Source: Tricharina praecox
Taxonomy: Eukaryota
Direction: 5' to 3'
DNA: 64,000 nt
Assembly (NCBI RefSeq): GCF_024521635.1
Contig: NW_026250405.1
Span: 1,798,001 to 1,862,000 of the forward strand
Below are positions 62,802 to 64,000 of this stretch, in pieces. Every line of letters begins with the position of its first letter. Position 1 is the first letter of the stretch. The translations under genes and the position numbers were made by a program. The notes under the pieces are model-generated. The model made no database searches. It was not told the origin of the DNA and saw nothing but the letters and a program-made list of their open reading frames with translations.

Positions 62802-64000
62802 TGTGGAGTATCGTCGAAGTCGAAACAGAGATGTCTTGGTGCTATCTGGGTCCCAATTTGATGCGGACGATTTCCCTTATAGCTTCTCTGCGAATCGTCG
62901 ACAGGCATCGTAGGGGAGACCTATTGCGAAGTAAGCACCCCAAGATGCATGTTCCAGCGACCAATCAGAGGCCTGCGTTGGAGCACGTACCACAACCCAA
63001 AATAAATATCACCGTCGAAAACCGCTGCAATTGTTAGTTCCGCAGAATAGACGAAACCAGGGATAGAGACGGCGGGCCGCCCGAATATTGCATAACATTT
63101 CGAGTGTCCCTCCACATTCAAATGGCGCACCTATGGAGCCCGCTGCGTGCTACACGTGGGACTTAGATTTGAATCAACGAAGACGTTGATTTTCATCGCT
63201 TGACTTCTCGGTCGCCTTGTTCAGCTGGTGGCTGATCCGAGGAACACGGTTCCGCCAGACGACGCGAAACGTGCTCCAGCCATTTCGCCTCCTCCACAAC
63301 CACAGTCGTCGGAGGGTGATCCGTCCATGTGCTTCGGAGGGTGGTCCGCTACCTAGCCTTCCGCTTGATTCCATGCCTTGAGAATCAAGCGCTTGGAGAG
63401 ATCAACGTTTCGTGGGGTTTGTAGTGTGCCATTCGCGTTGGCGGCACTTCTGCGTCCCCGTGGGGCGGTTCCATCTACGTAGCCTTGAGGCACGCACGCC
63501 ACCGCCTCATATCAGTCATCGGTGTGCAGTGCAACCGTGCGTAGCCCTGCGCTGATGCGCGCGCGCCGGAACGTGTGGCCGTTAACCCCCCGATATCACC
63601 CGCGCGACATCGTTGATCACTCGTACACGAGGCTGGCAGCATATTGGGTGCTTGCTGCATGGGTGTTCTCAGCCGGAGGCCAGGGAGGAATCCATTCTTT
63701 GCGGAAGCAGAGGAAACTATTCTTGCTGAGCTGCGGTTGCCGACGAAATGGCGGCCAGGTGTGCGGCGCGCTGGGTTGAGCACAAAAGATTGGAACCGGG
63801 TGTAAGAGAGGCGATGCCGCTCTTTCTGCAACTCTGCCAGGCATAGTACGTGACCCAACCCCCTCCCATGGAAGTCGCGACCGAGCGGTAGTAACTATGG
63901 CCATGGCAGAGGATAGAACGAAGCGTGGACGAAGACGGAAATTATGGAGAAAGAACCAGACGAGGATGCAGTGCTGCGAGGAGGAAACCGTCGTATACAC

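Overview
Eukaryotic genomic DNA from a filamentous ascomycete. Short (about 50-80 nt) GT-AG introns with CTRAC branch sites and the gene content point to Pezizomycotina; a Pezizomycete is an inference only. The first 9 kb is an accessory island: a tandem array of three BTB/POZ-like paralogues, two with an N-terminal C2H2 finger. Each copy carries its own inactivating lesion, and copies 2 and 3 share a 184-bp near-identical tract. Then come an orphan spliced gene and ALG11 (together bracketed by ~250-bp direct repeats), a neutral amino-acid permease, RQC1/TCF25, a minimal secreted CFEM protein, CRZ1/crzA and COX18. A compact aromatic-catabolism group follows (intradiol dioxygenase, FAD monooxygenase, flavin-reductase-like gene). 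The rest holds a Kelch-like type-I membrane protein, a CCHC-knuckle orphan, a SAM methyltransferase, a NirA-like Zn2Cys6 factor with a GC-AG intron, a FaeA-like lipase, a ~900-bp long-TIR non-autonomous transposon and an MFS-like transporter. A second dispersed repeat family (two inverted copies, ~6.2-6.9 kb and ~29.3-30.1 kb) and several minisatellites are also present. No RNA genes or CRISPR arrays were recognised. All calls are by eye, with no database searches.
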